Shown here: piece after piece, positions 51,561-64,000 of the stretch
Numbering within the stretch: position 1 is the stretch's first letter
Layout of the letters: each line of letters starts with the position of its first letter
From: Chrysomallon squamiferum
Taxonomy: Eukaryota; Animalia; Mollusca
Length of the DNA: 64,000 nt
Direction of reading: 5' to 3'
Assembly (NCBI GenBank): GCA_012295275.1
Contig: CM022670.1
Span: 496,001 to 560,000, forward strand
The notes under the pieces: generated by a model
What the model saw: only the letters and a program-made list of their open reading frames with translations
Databases searched by the model: none
Told to the model about the DNA's origin: nothing
Translations under genes and position numbers: made by a program

Positions 51561-52823
51561 TTTTATATCATTATATTATTCAAGATCTAGTCAAAACTCA
51601 AATGGAATCATATCTATGTGTGTATGTGTGTGAGTGCGTGTGTGTGGTCTTTCTGACATCTTGAATATTATATCAATAACTTTACCATTTAAAGTTATTA
51701 ATTATTATATTAATTGTATAATTATATGTCTTCACTGTCTCACCCTTACTGACTGTATTTTTCAGGCCACATTTATTACCAGAAATTATTTTAAGAACTG
51801 ATACTGAAATTGAAAATACGAACCACTGTTAGTGAGCGAGTGAAAAAATTAATGTACTAATCAGAGCAAGTTGTTGTTTGGCAGTTCGTACTATATGCAC
51901 ATAAAATATATTTCAGTATGACAGCGTTTACATTATATTCGTTAATGTAAAAAACACGATCGGATCCCAGTATGAATTACTGAAACGAGAGTATCAATGC
52001 TATCATTATCATCTATCATACAAGTGAGTCACTGTATATGGCCAAAGATTTCTTCATGTACTCACAGTACTGTGATGGAATATATTATTTATTTATTTTT
52101 GTTATCATTATCTGATTATGACATGTAGTTGTACAATTTATTTTAAATTCAGTCATCTCTTTAAAAATATGTATTGGTGACAGTTTCTGCTTTTAAATCT
52201 GCAAAATATGGCACAAAACAATCTTCTGTAGTTTGACGATGTTGTACACGCAAAATATTGGCGGCGTATCTTGCTTTGGTTTTTCTCTTTGCCACAAGCG
52301 ATGTATTTCTTGTTCGGGATATTTCGACACAGATCGGATTCACCGGTAAAACCCGAAACAATGACAAAATGTGGTAAAATATTCCGACTGTCAGGTGTTG
52401 ATGAAATAATTAGAAACGCTAATATTTTCCCAGTCTGACAATGTAAATGTCAGTGAAGATAATACATTTAGTTTACTATTTTCTAATCAGCATTTAACAT
52501 ATTCTCAAATCACCAAATATAGTGCGTCATTTTAAAATATTTTTATCCAGTAAGTGTTTTCTAAGAAACTTAGAAGTGTATTTATTTCGTCTGAACATTT
52601 TAAAAATTAGTAAACGTTTTTACGACCATTGAAATAAATGAAAAAAAAAAATAATAATAATAATTAAAAACAAAATCCTTATTTTAAAACTGGAATGTTA
52701 AATTGAAAATGGCAAGATAACTGGATACATAACAGTGAATATATATATATATATATATAATCATATTAATGATTTGTAATCATCATTATCATTGATTATT
52801 ATGTTTGTACAGGAAGACACATC

Positions 52824-53339
52824 ATGGATTTCTGCAGACTTTGTGGTATTCTGATGAAACAAAGCAATGAAAAGTGTGAATGTCGGGCTTGTTACCATAG
52901 AAGAATTATGGGACTGAATGGTGCAGATGAAAATTGTTTTTGTGACCACTGTAAAATAGACTCCAGTACTGTTGTACAAAATACAATATCTGAGAAATGG
53001 AAAGATTGCCAGGTGGATGAAGTTATTAAAAAGGTGTGGGAAAGGTGAGATTTAAAAATAATTATTTCATCCACATCTTTACATCCACTTTCATAAAAAC
53101 AGTGTACTTATTTTATTTTGTATAACCAGCATTAACATAACTGGATAATGTTTATCCCTATTTTCAGTAATATTTATTAATAGGTAAAAATATTAATAAT
53201 TTTGTTATAATTCTTCTTTTATCATTATTTTATAAATCTAGAGTAATTCTAGTTTAATCTGATTTTCATTAATATTTATCAAAACAAAACTCTTGCTTTT
53301 CACTGTTTTTTAAAACTATTCATTAATTTTATTTTAAAC

Positions 53340-53379
<40 letters not shown>

Positions 53380-55124
53380 TTAAATTTTTAATGGATATTG
53401 TAAAATGTTTTATTTTAATGATTCCGTAACAAGATTTGATATGACTCATATTACTTTTAAGTCATTAACCAGTGTGTTGAGATATGAAAAAAATTACTTA
53501 TCCACAATCTATAGAATTATACAAACATTTCTTAATGCAGTATTAATTTTGTCTATGGGAAAAAATAACTTAATTTTCAGAGAACAAGCTGAACTGAAGG
53601 AGAAACTAGTAATAGAAGATGATGAGATAGTTAAAAAAATAAAACAAAGTTTTGAGAGTGGAAACAAAGAAGAAACATTCTACATAGGTGGAGTTGATAT
53701 TTCTTTTATCAAGGGAGATAATGTAAATGCATGTGCTGCATTTGTTGTTATCACATTTCCAAAACTTGAGGTATTTCATCTTTCTTAAAAGATGCAAAAC
53801 AATACTAAAGAAATGAAATTATTAATATTATTTCCTAACTGTAAATCTCTTAAAAATTAAATTAAAAGAAGAAATAAAGACATTTTTTATTAAATGATAT
53901 TCGTGATCAAAAATTCAAAGTATGTTTCATTACTTTTCTATTTTATAATTGCAGATATCATTTGAAGATTTTCCAATAGTAAAACTAACTTTTTTCCTTT
54001 CTGATTTGATTATTATTGTTACTGTTTTAAAACTGCAGGTAGTTTATGAAGATTATCAAATGGTAAAACTAACAGCTCCTTATGTTCCTGGTTTCCTGGC
54101 CTTTAGAGAAGCAGAGTTTGTAATACGACAGTTTGAAAAATTAAAAGCAGTAAAGCCTGAATATCTTCCTCATGTATGCTTTTATTTAACAATATTCAAC
54201 TTATTTCTACGATGAATTAAATATAATATATTCACTATATCAAATATAAAATAACAGTTAAATTATTCTGGTTGAAATTTAAAAAAAAAAAAAAAAATAG
54301 AAAAAAAAAGATACTAGTAATCAATTAAATTATTATCATTGAATTTTAAAAAAGTGATAATAATAAGATAATTAATTAAATTATTATGGTTGAATTAAAA
54401 TAATATTATATTTACATTGCTATTTACAAATTATCTTAAAATGATTAAATTTAAATGAACAAGTAACATCATTTAATTTTTCAGGTGATCTTTGTTGATG
54501 GGAATGGAATTCTGCACCCAAGAGGTTTGTCTAAACATTTTATATCCTAAAACAAAATTTCTTGCCTTCTTCAGTGAGAATATTAGATATCATGGAACAA
54601 ATACTTATCAGAAAATAAATGAAAAGGAGACAAAAAAAGTGTAAACAGACTTGTCTTTCAATAAATATTTGGTTAACAATATCCACACTTCAGATTTTCA
54701 TACTCACAATTAATTGGCATCATGATAATGTCTTAGAGAGGAAACCTACTGTGACTTCAAAGGATATGAAGGACTGTACTATGTCACTGCTTACATGTTA
54801 CAGTATGACAGCATCTATTGGGATGTGGGTGGATTTTTATAACAGTGGTTTAATATGGATTGTTAATTTAAAAACCAGTTTATTTAGTTGTATGTACTTC
54901 ATTTTCTAGATGTTATTTTTTACAAATATTTCTGCAATGTAATGTTATAAATCTCAATTTCTAAATGACTGTTATTTTTAATAATTCATTTATTTTCTAC
55001 TCTGGCTACTTATACTAACAGTGTTTTCTTCATCATAGTTAATAATAATTATTACGGGTATCTGTTACAATTGTTATTAAAAATTATTATTGCTATTATT
55101 ATTATTCTTATATTATTATAACTA

Positions 55125-55180
<56 letters not shown>

Positions 55181-56843
55181 TATTATTATTATTATTATTA
55201 TTATTTAGGATTTGGTCTGGCTAGTCATCTTGGTGTTTTACTGGACAAGCCATGTGTAGGTGTGGCTAAGACACTGATTCATGTGGATGGCTTGGAAAAT
55301 GATGGGACACATAAAAGCAAGGTCTGTAAGTGTTTATAAAACAGCCAGAGCTTGCCTCTAGTTGCCATGGTGTCTGAATTTTCTAGTGTTCTTTACAAGA
55401 CAGGAAGTTACAATTGTTGAAAAGTATAAGAATAATCAAACAACAAAATCTAACCTGTGACCTGTTGATCTGAAGTCAGTTTTATTATACTGAGTTTGCA
55501 TATTAAACTGTTTTTAATGTATTAATATATATAACTGTATACAATTCCTAACGTATTTTTCAAATTTTTCTGTTACACTGTTTCATATTAAAAATGTTGT
55601 TTTTTATTTGTACAACTGCAGAAAGACATTTTGAAAGAAGCAGGTGACACATTTAATCTTGAGGACATTCATGGTGTCGTGTTAGGAGTGGTGAGTATTA
55701 AACAAATATCTGCTGTAATATACTCTCACACGCTAAATTTAAAACTATTTTAGTCACATTCATTAAAACACTTTACAAACACCAAACACACATTCATATT
55801 CTTTGTGGTTTTTTTTAAAAGTTACTGGTATATAATTAGTTTCATGATACAAATTTTATGTAGTATTTGCACAGCTACAGAAAAAGCAGGTATTTTATCA
55901 TTTGTATGTATTGGGCTATCACAAATAAAATTTACTGGTTTAAATATAATACTGGGATGAAGATATTTCTACAAGAGTTATAGTTCTTGCATCTTTTACA
56001 TGTCAATATGCTTAACAGGATATTCTAACAATAACAAAAAAATACTGTACTTACCGATAAACTAGATATTAACATCATATTAAATTATTAAATTTTATTT
56101 ATACATGGGTCTTTTCATGTACACAGAAGATACATTTATATATGTATTCCATTTTGTTGAAATTCTAATGTCAAATAATTTGATGCTTGGGAGTTAGTTA
56201 ACATTCAGTCATTTCATCGTACATTCATTCATTCAGTAATAATTACTTTATTCTTTTTTTAATACATTTTGAAGGCTTTAAAGAGTTGTGTCAATGCTAA
56301 GAACCCAGTGTATGTGTCAGCAGGACATCGGATTTCTCTGAAGTCAGCCATTTGGTTGGTACTGAAGTGTTGTAAATACCGGATTCCAGAACCAACCAGA
56401 CAGGTAATTTGTTATGCAGCATCATACATACACTAGAGACTTTACACACAGGGAAAAAGTAAATCACACAATGGGCTGATTTTTCTAATAGTAACAAGAG
56501 AGCTTTTTAATGCAGCTTAAGACAGGAAAACATATACCACAGCTTTTGATAAAGCATTTGAATGACTGACAGGATCGAAAAAAAGCCCTGTGATTGACCT
56601 TTCAACCTTAGTTACTGATCCACGACTCATCTCTGATCACTAGGGTCATCCTTATTTGCTCATAGTGGGTTAATTCCCAGTCCAGCCAAGCTGTCTTTGT
56701 TCTTTTCTTTGAGAAGCTGCATATAAAATATACTTTGCTGCTAATTTAATAAGTGGGCTTACACCAAACATTTTTAATATTTAACCATTTGGGTTTATAT
56801 CAAAATTAAAGCTAATTTATTAAATATTGTTATTATTATTATA

Positions 56844-56874
<31 letters not shown>

Positions 56875-57162
56875 TAATTAAAAATTATTCATTTTAAATA
56901 ACAATGTGTCTACATAGTGAAAGAGACAATTTAAACAAATATATATCTACAGCAAATTTAGATTGATGTAATTCATGTAAAAATGTATCACAACAGCTAG
57001 TGTAGCAGTTAGAATACTAGATTCTTATTATTCCATTTCTGCTTTTTTTTTTTTTTTCTTTCAAATATTAAATTTCATATAGTTTATTAACTGTTGCCTT
57101 TCCAGGCTGACATAAATTCAAGAGAATACCTGAGGAAAAATGGATATACCGAAAAGTCATGA
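52824..57162 (+). CDS. ENDOV: Endonuclease V (inosine-specific ribonuclease), ~317 aa, 8 coding exons, with Cys-rich N-terminal extension
   Basis: Exons 52824-53044, 53581-53770, 54039-54173, 54485-54524, 55209-55321, 55622-55690, 56275-56403 and 57106-57162 are phase-consistent (954 nt). Motifs: WEREQ, GGVDISF, wedge [43 protein letters not shown] and [10 protein letters not shown]. Confidence 0.95.
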
Positions 57163-57530
57163 AGATATGATTTATAACAAAGTCATGAAGAAACAGTATA
57201 AAAAAGTCACAAAAAATGGCTATATAAAAAAGTCACAAAAATGGATATATAAAACAGTCATGAAGAACACATAAATGAAACAGTCATGAAGAACAGATAA
57301 ATAAAACAGTCATGAAGAATAGATAAATAAAAGTCATGAAGAACAGATATACAGAAGTCATGAAGAACAGATATATAAAACAGTCATGAAGAACATAAAT
57401 AAAACAGTCATGAAGAACAAATATATAAAATAATCATGAAGAATGGAATTATAGAACAGTCATGAAGAATGGATTTATAGGCAGTCATGAAAACAAAACA
57501 ATGAAGAATAAATGATCAAAACAGTCATGA
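57140..57530 (+). repeat. 24-26 bp degenerate minisatellite (~15 copies) overlapping the ENDOV stop codon and 3' UTR
   Basis: Core AGTCATGAAGAA or AGTCACAAAA recurs at ~57155, 57181, 57205, 57231, 57256, 57282, 57308, 57332, 57356, 57382, 57406, 57432, 57458, 57483 and 57523. Confidence 0.92.
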
Positions 57531-58442
57531 TTTACAGATATACAAAACACAGAAATAAAACTTACTAGAAGGCATTTCTGAGGTATTCTCTACATGTAAA
57601 GGAATACTTTTCTGCAAAGATTATTTTTATATTAATTATAGGACTAGTGTCAAACAGGTGCCATATGGCAGCGATCTCGTGCCACTTTCAGCTAGTGTAG
57701 TAAATGTTATAGTATTTCAAGTGTGATTATTTTAATTGTTTAATACAATTATTTTCAAAGTAAATATATACACTTTTTTAGTCTTGCAGTATTTATTGAA
57801 ATAAAAATATTTATTATCTGATTGTCATTTTTACGATATTCTTAGTTTGTTGGGTTTTTTAAATTTATTTATGTATTTATTTATTTTATTATTTATTTTT
57901 AAACATTTCATTTTTTTAAATATATATTTTTTTTAATTTTTTTTTTTTTAAGTGTACATTATTGGGTAACGGAACATATCATTAACTCATTAGTAATTGT
58001 ATGTGTAAATTGTGCAGAAAATATATGGCCGGTTTCAGGATCAGTTCTCATCACTGGATCATCACAAATTGTGAACAGTCTCTAATGTATCGGATATTGG
58101 TTGAGTTTATAGGAAGATGCACACAGATGATTACTTGGTTCTTATAAACAAGTCAGGCGGCTACGGATTTCGTCTATCTTAATGTTTTAGGCCTCTAAGG
58201 AGATCACTACTGCTGATCCCTCCCTCGTAGGAAATTTAACTTGATTGCCTTAATTTTGCACCAGTCATGATTAGGATTTACAATTTCAGATTGCTGTATT
58301 TTTAACATGTACTCATGACAACGCACATACTAGTTGGGGAACCCCTTTAAAAAGTTATTTCCTTTAACTTTTGAACGTGGTCGCAAGCAACTGTCGATGA
58401 CGTAATATGTAATGTATTTGACGTCGAATAATTCCGAGTATG

Positions 58443-58506
58443 GTTCAAGAAACCAAACGTATTCTAGACGGAATTTTCGAGAAACGTATCTGGATAGTTC
58501 TGGAAA
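58443..58506 (+). promoter_or_regulatory. Heat-shock elements (nGAAn arrays) of HSP70
   Basis: Perfect 3-unit HSE gGAAttTTCgaGAAa (58470-58484); gTTCaaGAAa (58443-58452); degenerate 4-unit tATCtgGATagTTCtgGAAa (58487-58506). CRE-like TGACGT motifs at ~58398 and ~58419. Confidence 0.85.
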
Positions 58507-58571
58507 ACAAACATTATTTTTGAACGAAGACAGTGCACAATTGTTAAGAAATTATTTATAAGATTTGTGTA

Positions 58572-60473
58572 ATGGATAAAGCAGTCGGCATTGATCTAGG
58601 AACGACATTTTCTTGTGTTGGCGTTTTTGAACACGGTAAAGTTGAAATTATTGCTAATGATCAAGGCAATCGTACAACGCCAAGTTATGTTGCTTTTACT
58701 GACACTGAACGTTTAATAGGAGATGCTGCCAAAAACCAAGTTGCCATGAACCCATCTAATACCGTGTTTGACGCTAAAAGACTTATTGGCAGAAGATTCA
58801 CTGACCCGCATGTTCAGAACGATATGAAACACTGGCCATTCAAAGTTCTCAACAAACACGACAAACCGATGATTCAGGTGGAATACAAAGGGGAGGTGAA
58901 AACGTTTTCTCCCGAAGAAATCAGCTCAATGGTTCTTACTAAGATGAAGGAAACGGCTGAATCCTACTTAGGCACAACTGTCAGGAAGGTCGTCATCACG
59001 GTGCCAGCCTATTTTAATGATTCTCAAAGACAGGCGACAAAAGACGCCGGCACTATTGCTAATTTGGATGTAGTGAGGATAATTAATGAACCTACTGCAG
59101 CAGCTTTGGCGTATGGCTTAGATAAAAACCTGACAGGTGAGAAAAATATTCTTGTATATGATCTTGGTGGTGGAACTTTTGACGTTTCTATTCTGACTAT
59201 AGACGAAGGGTCAATGTTTGAGGTAAGGTCAACAGCAGGGGATACACATCTTGGAGGTGAAGATTTCGACAATCGTTTGGTCAATCATTTAATTGACGAA
59301 TTCAAACGAAAACACAAAAAAGACATATCAAAGAATCAAAGAGCTGTTAGACGTCTGCGTAGTTCGTGTGAACGTGCGAAGAGAACACTGTCCAGCACCA
59401 CAGAGGCCAGTATCGAAATTGATTCTCTGTTTGAAGGAATTGACTTTTACACCAAAATAACGAGAGCACGATTTGAAGATCTCTGTTTGGATTTGTTTCG
59501 AGGTACTTTGGAACCAGTAGAAAAGGCCCTTAGTGATGCAAAATTATCAAAATCCGAAATCAATGAAACTATTCTGGTTGGTGGTTCAACAAGAATTCCC
59601 AAAATTCAGAATCTTCTCCAAGAATTCATGAATGGAAGAGAACTTAACAAATCCATTAACCCTGACGAAGCTGTAGCTTATGGGGCTGCTGTCCAGGCAG
59701 CTATTTTACTGGGCGATAAAAGTGAAGCCATCAAAGATGTGCTTCTGGTGGACATTGCTCCATTATCACTTGGAATCGAAACAGCCGGCGGCGTAATGAC
59801 GAGATTAATTGAAAGAAATTCGCGTATACCATGCAAAACGTCAAAAATCTTTACTACATATGCTGACAATCAATCAGGGGTTACAATTCAAGTATTCGAA
59901 GGTGAAAGAGCAATGACCAAGGATAATAATCATCTCGGCAGATTTGATTTAAATGGTATTCCCCCAGCTCCGCGTGGAGTTCCACATATCGAGGTAACCT
60001 TCGACATTGATGCCAATGGAATCATGAGTGTTTCCGCTGAAGATAAAAGCACAGGCAAGTCTAGCATGATTACCATCACCAACGACAAGGGACGCCTGAG
60101 CAAAGCTGAAATAGAGAGAATGGTAAACGACGCGGAGAGGTACAGAGAAGAGGATGAGAAACAAAGAGGACGAGTATCTGCCAGAAACCAGCTGGAAAAT
60201 TACGTGTTCAGCGTCCGCCAAACAATAAACGATGCAGGAGACAAACTGACTCAGACAGAAAAGAACAAGGTTAACAGCCAGTGTGATCAAACTTTGAAAT
60301 GGCTCGACTCCAACATGCTGGCAGAAAAAGATGAATATGAATACCAGTTGAAACAAACAGAAGATGTCTGTCGACCAGTAATGATGAAACTGCACGGCAG
60401 AGGTCAGCCTGGGGCAGCACCCGGAGGTCAGAGTAATGGGGGAGAAGGACCCACTGTTGAAGAAGTCGACTAA
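58572..60473 (+). CDS. HSP70: Cytosolic inducible-type heat shock protein 70, intronless, 633 aa
   Basis: Signatures [21 protein letters not shown] and [13 protein letters not shown]; C-terminal GPTVEEVD; no introns; no GGMP repeats; upstream HSEs; AATAAA at ~60548 and ~60617. Confidence 0.98.
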   Translation: MDKAVGIDLGTTFSCVGVFEHGKVEIIANDQGNRTTPSYVAFTDTERLIGDAAKNQVAMNPSNTVFDAKRLIGRRFTDPHVQNDMKHWPFKVLNKHDKPMIQVEYKGEVKTFSPEEISSMVLTKMKETAESYLGTTVRKVVITVPAYFNDSQRQATKDAGTIANLDVVRIINEPTAAALAYGLDKNLTGEKNILVYDLGGGTFDVSILTIDEGSMFEVRSTAGDTHLGGEDFDNRLVNHLIDEFKRKHKKDISKNQRAVRRLRSSCERAKRTLSSTTEASIEIDSLFEGIDFYTKITRARFEDLCLDLFRGTLEPVEKALSDAKLSKSEINETILVGGSTRIPKIQNLLQEFMNGRELNKSINPDEAVAYGAAVQAAILLGDKSEAIKDVLLVDIAPLSLGIETAGGVMTRLIERNSRIPCKTSKIFTTYADNQSGVTIQVFEGERAMTKDNNHLGRFDLNGIPPAPRGVPHIEVTFDIDANGIMSVSAEDKSTGKSSMITITNDKGRLSKAEIERMVNDAERYREEDEKQRGRVSARNQLENYVFSVRQTINDAGDKLTQTEKNKVNSQCDQTLKWLDSNMLAEKDEYEYQLKQTEDVCRPVMMKLHGRGQPGAAPGGQSNGGEGPTVEEVD

Positions 60474-60933
60474 AATTTTAAAATATTGCATTTTGTACAT
60501 CTCCAAGTGATTCATTTATTTGTTACTCGAGCACAATCTAAGCTAAAAATAAAGTATGAAATTTATGTAACAGATCTGTAGCGATTCAGAACCTGTCATT
60601 TCTTTTTCTCCGTCTTAATAAAAATGTCAGCTAAAAATTACAAACTGATGGATACCATGATATTTCTTTTGTTCTTTTCTCAATTTGTTTGTAAGGCATG
60701 ACATCATAACAGGCAAGCACAGAAAAAACAACAAAAAAACAACAACCAGAAAACAAAACGCAATAACAAAGAATGTTGACACTATTACATTATCTTTTCC
60801 TCTTTCTTTCTTTCTTTTCTTTTATCGTTTGTTTTTTAATTGCATTTAGTTTAAATTTACCATTAGATGTTTAATATAACTTTTTTATAAACTTGTCTTA
60901 AGATCAGACTAATTGATAAAGATATAATTAAAT

Positions 60934-60964
<31 letters not shown>

Positions 60965-61217
60965 TTATTTTTTGTTCAGTAGTTAACAATAGGACTTAAC
61001 ATTTAAGTGTTTAGTTTAAAGTAATTTTAGCTATGACAACAAATTAATTAAACAATTATATTTAATTTTATTTATTTTTTATTTTATTTTTTTTATCCGA
61101 CAAACCATTTGAAACGTTACATATAAATAAATGGATATTTTTATTTTAGTTCATACACAACAATAACATTTTCAAAATGCACATGTTGGATCGTAACTGA
61201 TCGTCTGACAGGAAAAC

Positions 61218-61275
<58 letters not shown>

Positions 61276-61911
61276 ATTATTGTTATTATCATCATCATCA
61301 TCATCATCAAATTTTTTATTATTATTATGATTTATTTAATTATTTATTTTCATAGATTGCTGTCTATTTAATTTGATCTTTAAATATTTTTTTCATTTCT
61401 TATTTTGTATTATTTTATTTTATTTTTTTATTATTTTTTTTAATTATTTTTTATTTTATTTATTTATTTGTTTGTTTATTTGTTATCAAATTTGAATATC
61501 TAAATTCAATTTTTATCATTTTATTTGTACTCATGTATTCTTTGTTCTTTATTTATATTTTCATTTATTCATTGATTCATTCATAATAAATTATTACTGG
61601 AACGAAGGAAATGGCTTTGAACAAAGTAAATGTAATGGTAGCAGTAGTAGCAGCAACAGCAGTCGTCTGGTTACACTTTGTTAATTTGTACTTTTGTGTT
61701 CAAATGCTGTTAAATGTTCATCTATTCATTTATTCGTCAAAATAATTTCTCAATAATATTTCTCAGTGTTTATGCAAATAAATTTTATGTTTCTGTAATA
61801 TTTTACTTTCGATTCTTTGCGATTAAAATAAGATTAATATTTTCTTGAGCATGTATTTTCAAATTATCGCATTATTTCAATAAATGTTTTATCTGGAAAA
61901 AATATATCTAT

Positions 61912-61916
<5 letters not shown>

Positions 61917-62002
<86 letters not shown>

Positions 62003-62062
62003 GAGGGAGGGAGGGAGGGAGGGAGGGAGGGAGGGAGGGAGGGAGGGAGGGAGGGAGGGAGG

Positions 62063-62104
<42 letters not shown>
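61917..62104. repeat. (GA)n/(GGGA)n compound microsatellite
   Basis: Read directly. Confidence 0.95.
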
Positions 62105-62105
<1 letters not shown>

Positions 62106-62207
62106 AAAAAACAAAATGGCTATTTGAAAATGTGTTTATTTTCAAAATAATCAAAGAAGAAAAATGACTATTTATGTCTGGAATGTTCAGATAAACTAAA
62201 TATTTCA

Positions 62208-63641
<1,434 letters not shown>

Positions 63642-64000
63642 CTTGATCTCTGATTTTCTGCGATCTTCTTTTTCTTGATTTCAGAAAGAATATCTTTCGA
63701 TCTGTGAAATTCACTCAAGAATATCTCCAATTTATAGCAAATATTAATTATCTAATAACCAATGATCTAACCCAGAAGGAAAAAGAAAATAAAACTGTTA
63801 AAAATATATTATGCATACCTCCAGTGGCCAATGGTAATTTTACACCATTTCCTTGTGTTGTTAATTGTTTGACCTACCCGTTTAAAAAAAAAAGCGTGCC
63901 GGATCTTTAGCAGCAGGACTGAATTATGTGTGGTAATCATTTCTAATTTTCACCATTTAATTAATTATTTCCTTGTTGACCGCCTACGTGTGCAAAGTCA

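Noticed and set aside
52389-52441. Box C/D-like motif pair (TTGATGA...CTGA) near the ENDOV 5' end
   Set aside because: Too short, with no recognisable antisense element; explained by a chance TGTCAG/CTGACA inverted repeat.
57140-57530. CRISPR-like array (conserved AGTCATGAAGAA core with variable linkers)
   Set aside because: Linkers are only ~12-14 nt and related to one another, so this is a degenerate minisatellite.
59024-60515. Antisense ORFs over HSP70
   Set aside because: Short shadow frames; antisense ORFs opposite HSP70 genes are a known codon-usage artefact.

Overview
This is AT-rich, microsatellite-dense animal genomic DNA with spliceosomal GT-AG introns, probably lophotrochozoan or molluscan (an inference from the HSP70 signature and repeat style). 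Six protein-coding genes were reconstructed by hand with phase-consistent exon chains. (1) A cyclic-nucleotide-gated channel alpha subunit (+, 4 coding exons 13341-27946, ~651 aa), preceded by a cluster of RFX X-boxes and a probable non-coding first exon near 1.3-1.6 kb. (2) ABCE1/RLI1 (-, 15 coding exons, ~609 aa). (3) DNAAF6/PIH1D3 (-, 6 coding exons, ~189 aa). (4) Endonuclease V (+, 8 coding exons, ~317 aa), carrying an unusual N-terminal 8-Cys putative zinc-binding extension and a minisatellite that starts at its stop codon. (5) An intronless inducible-type HSP70 with heat-shock elements (+, 633 aa). (6) An unnamed ~205-aa secreted, Trp/Tyr-rich cystine-knot (Spaetzle/neurotrophin-like) protein (-, 4 exons), which appears only as unjoined fragments in the ORF track. 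Most other ORFs in the track are microsatellite artefacts. There is no CRISPR array, tRNA or rRNA. The best novelty candidates are the Cys-rich ENDOV fusion, the orphan cystine-knot protein, the RFX-controlled CNG locus and candidate nested/poison exons inside the CNG gene. No database searches were run; family assignments come from recognised motifs.
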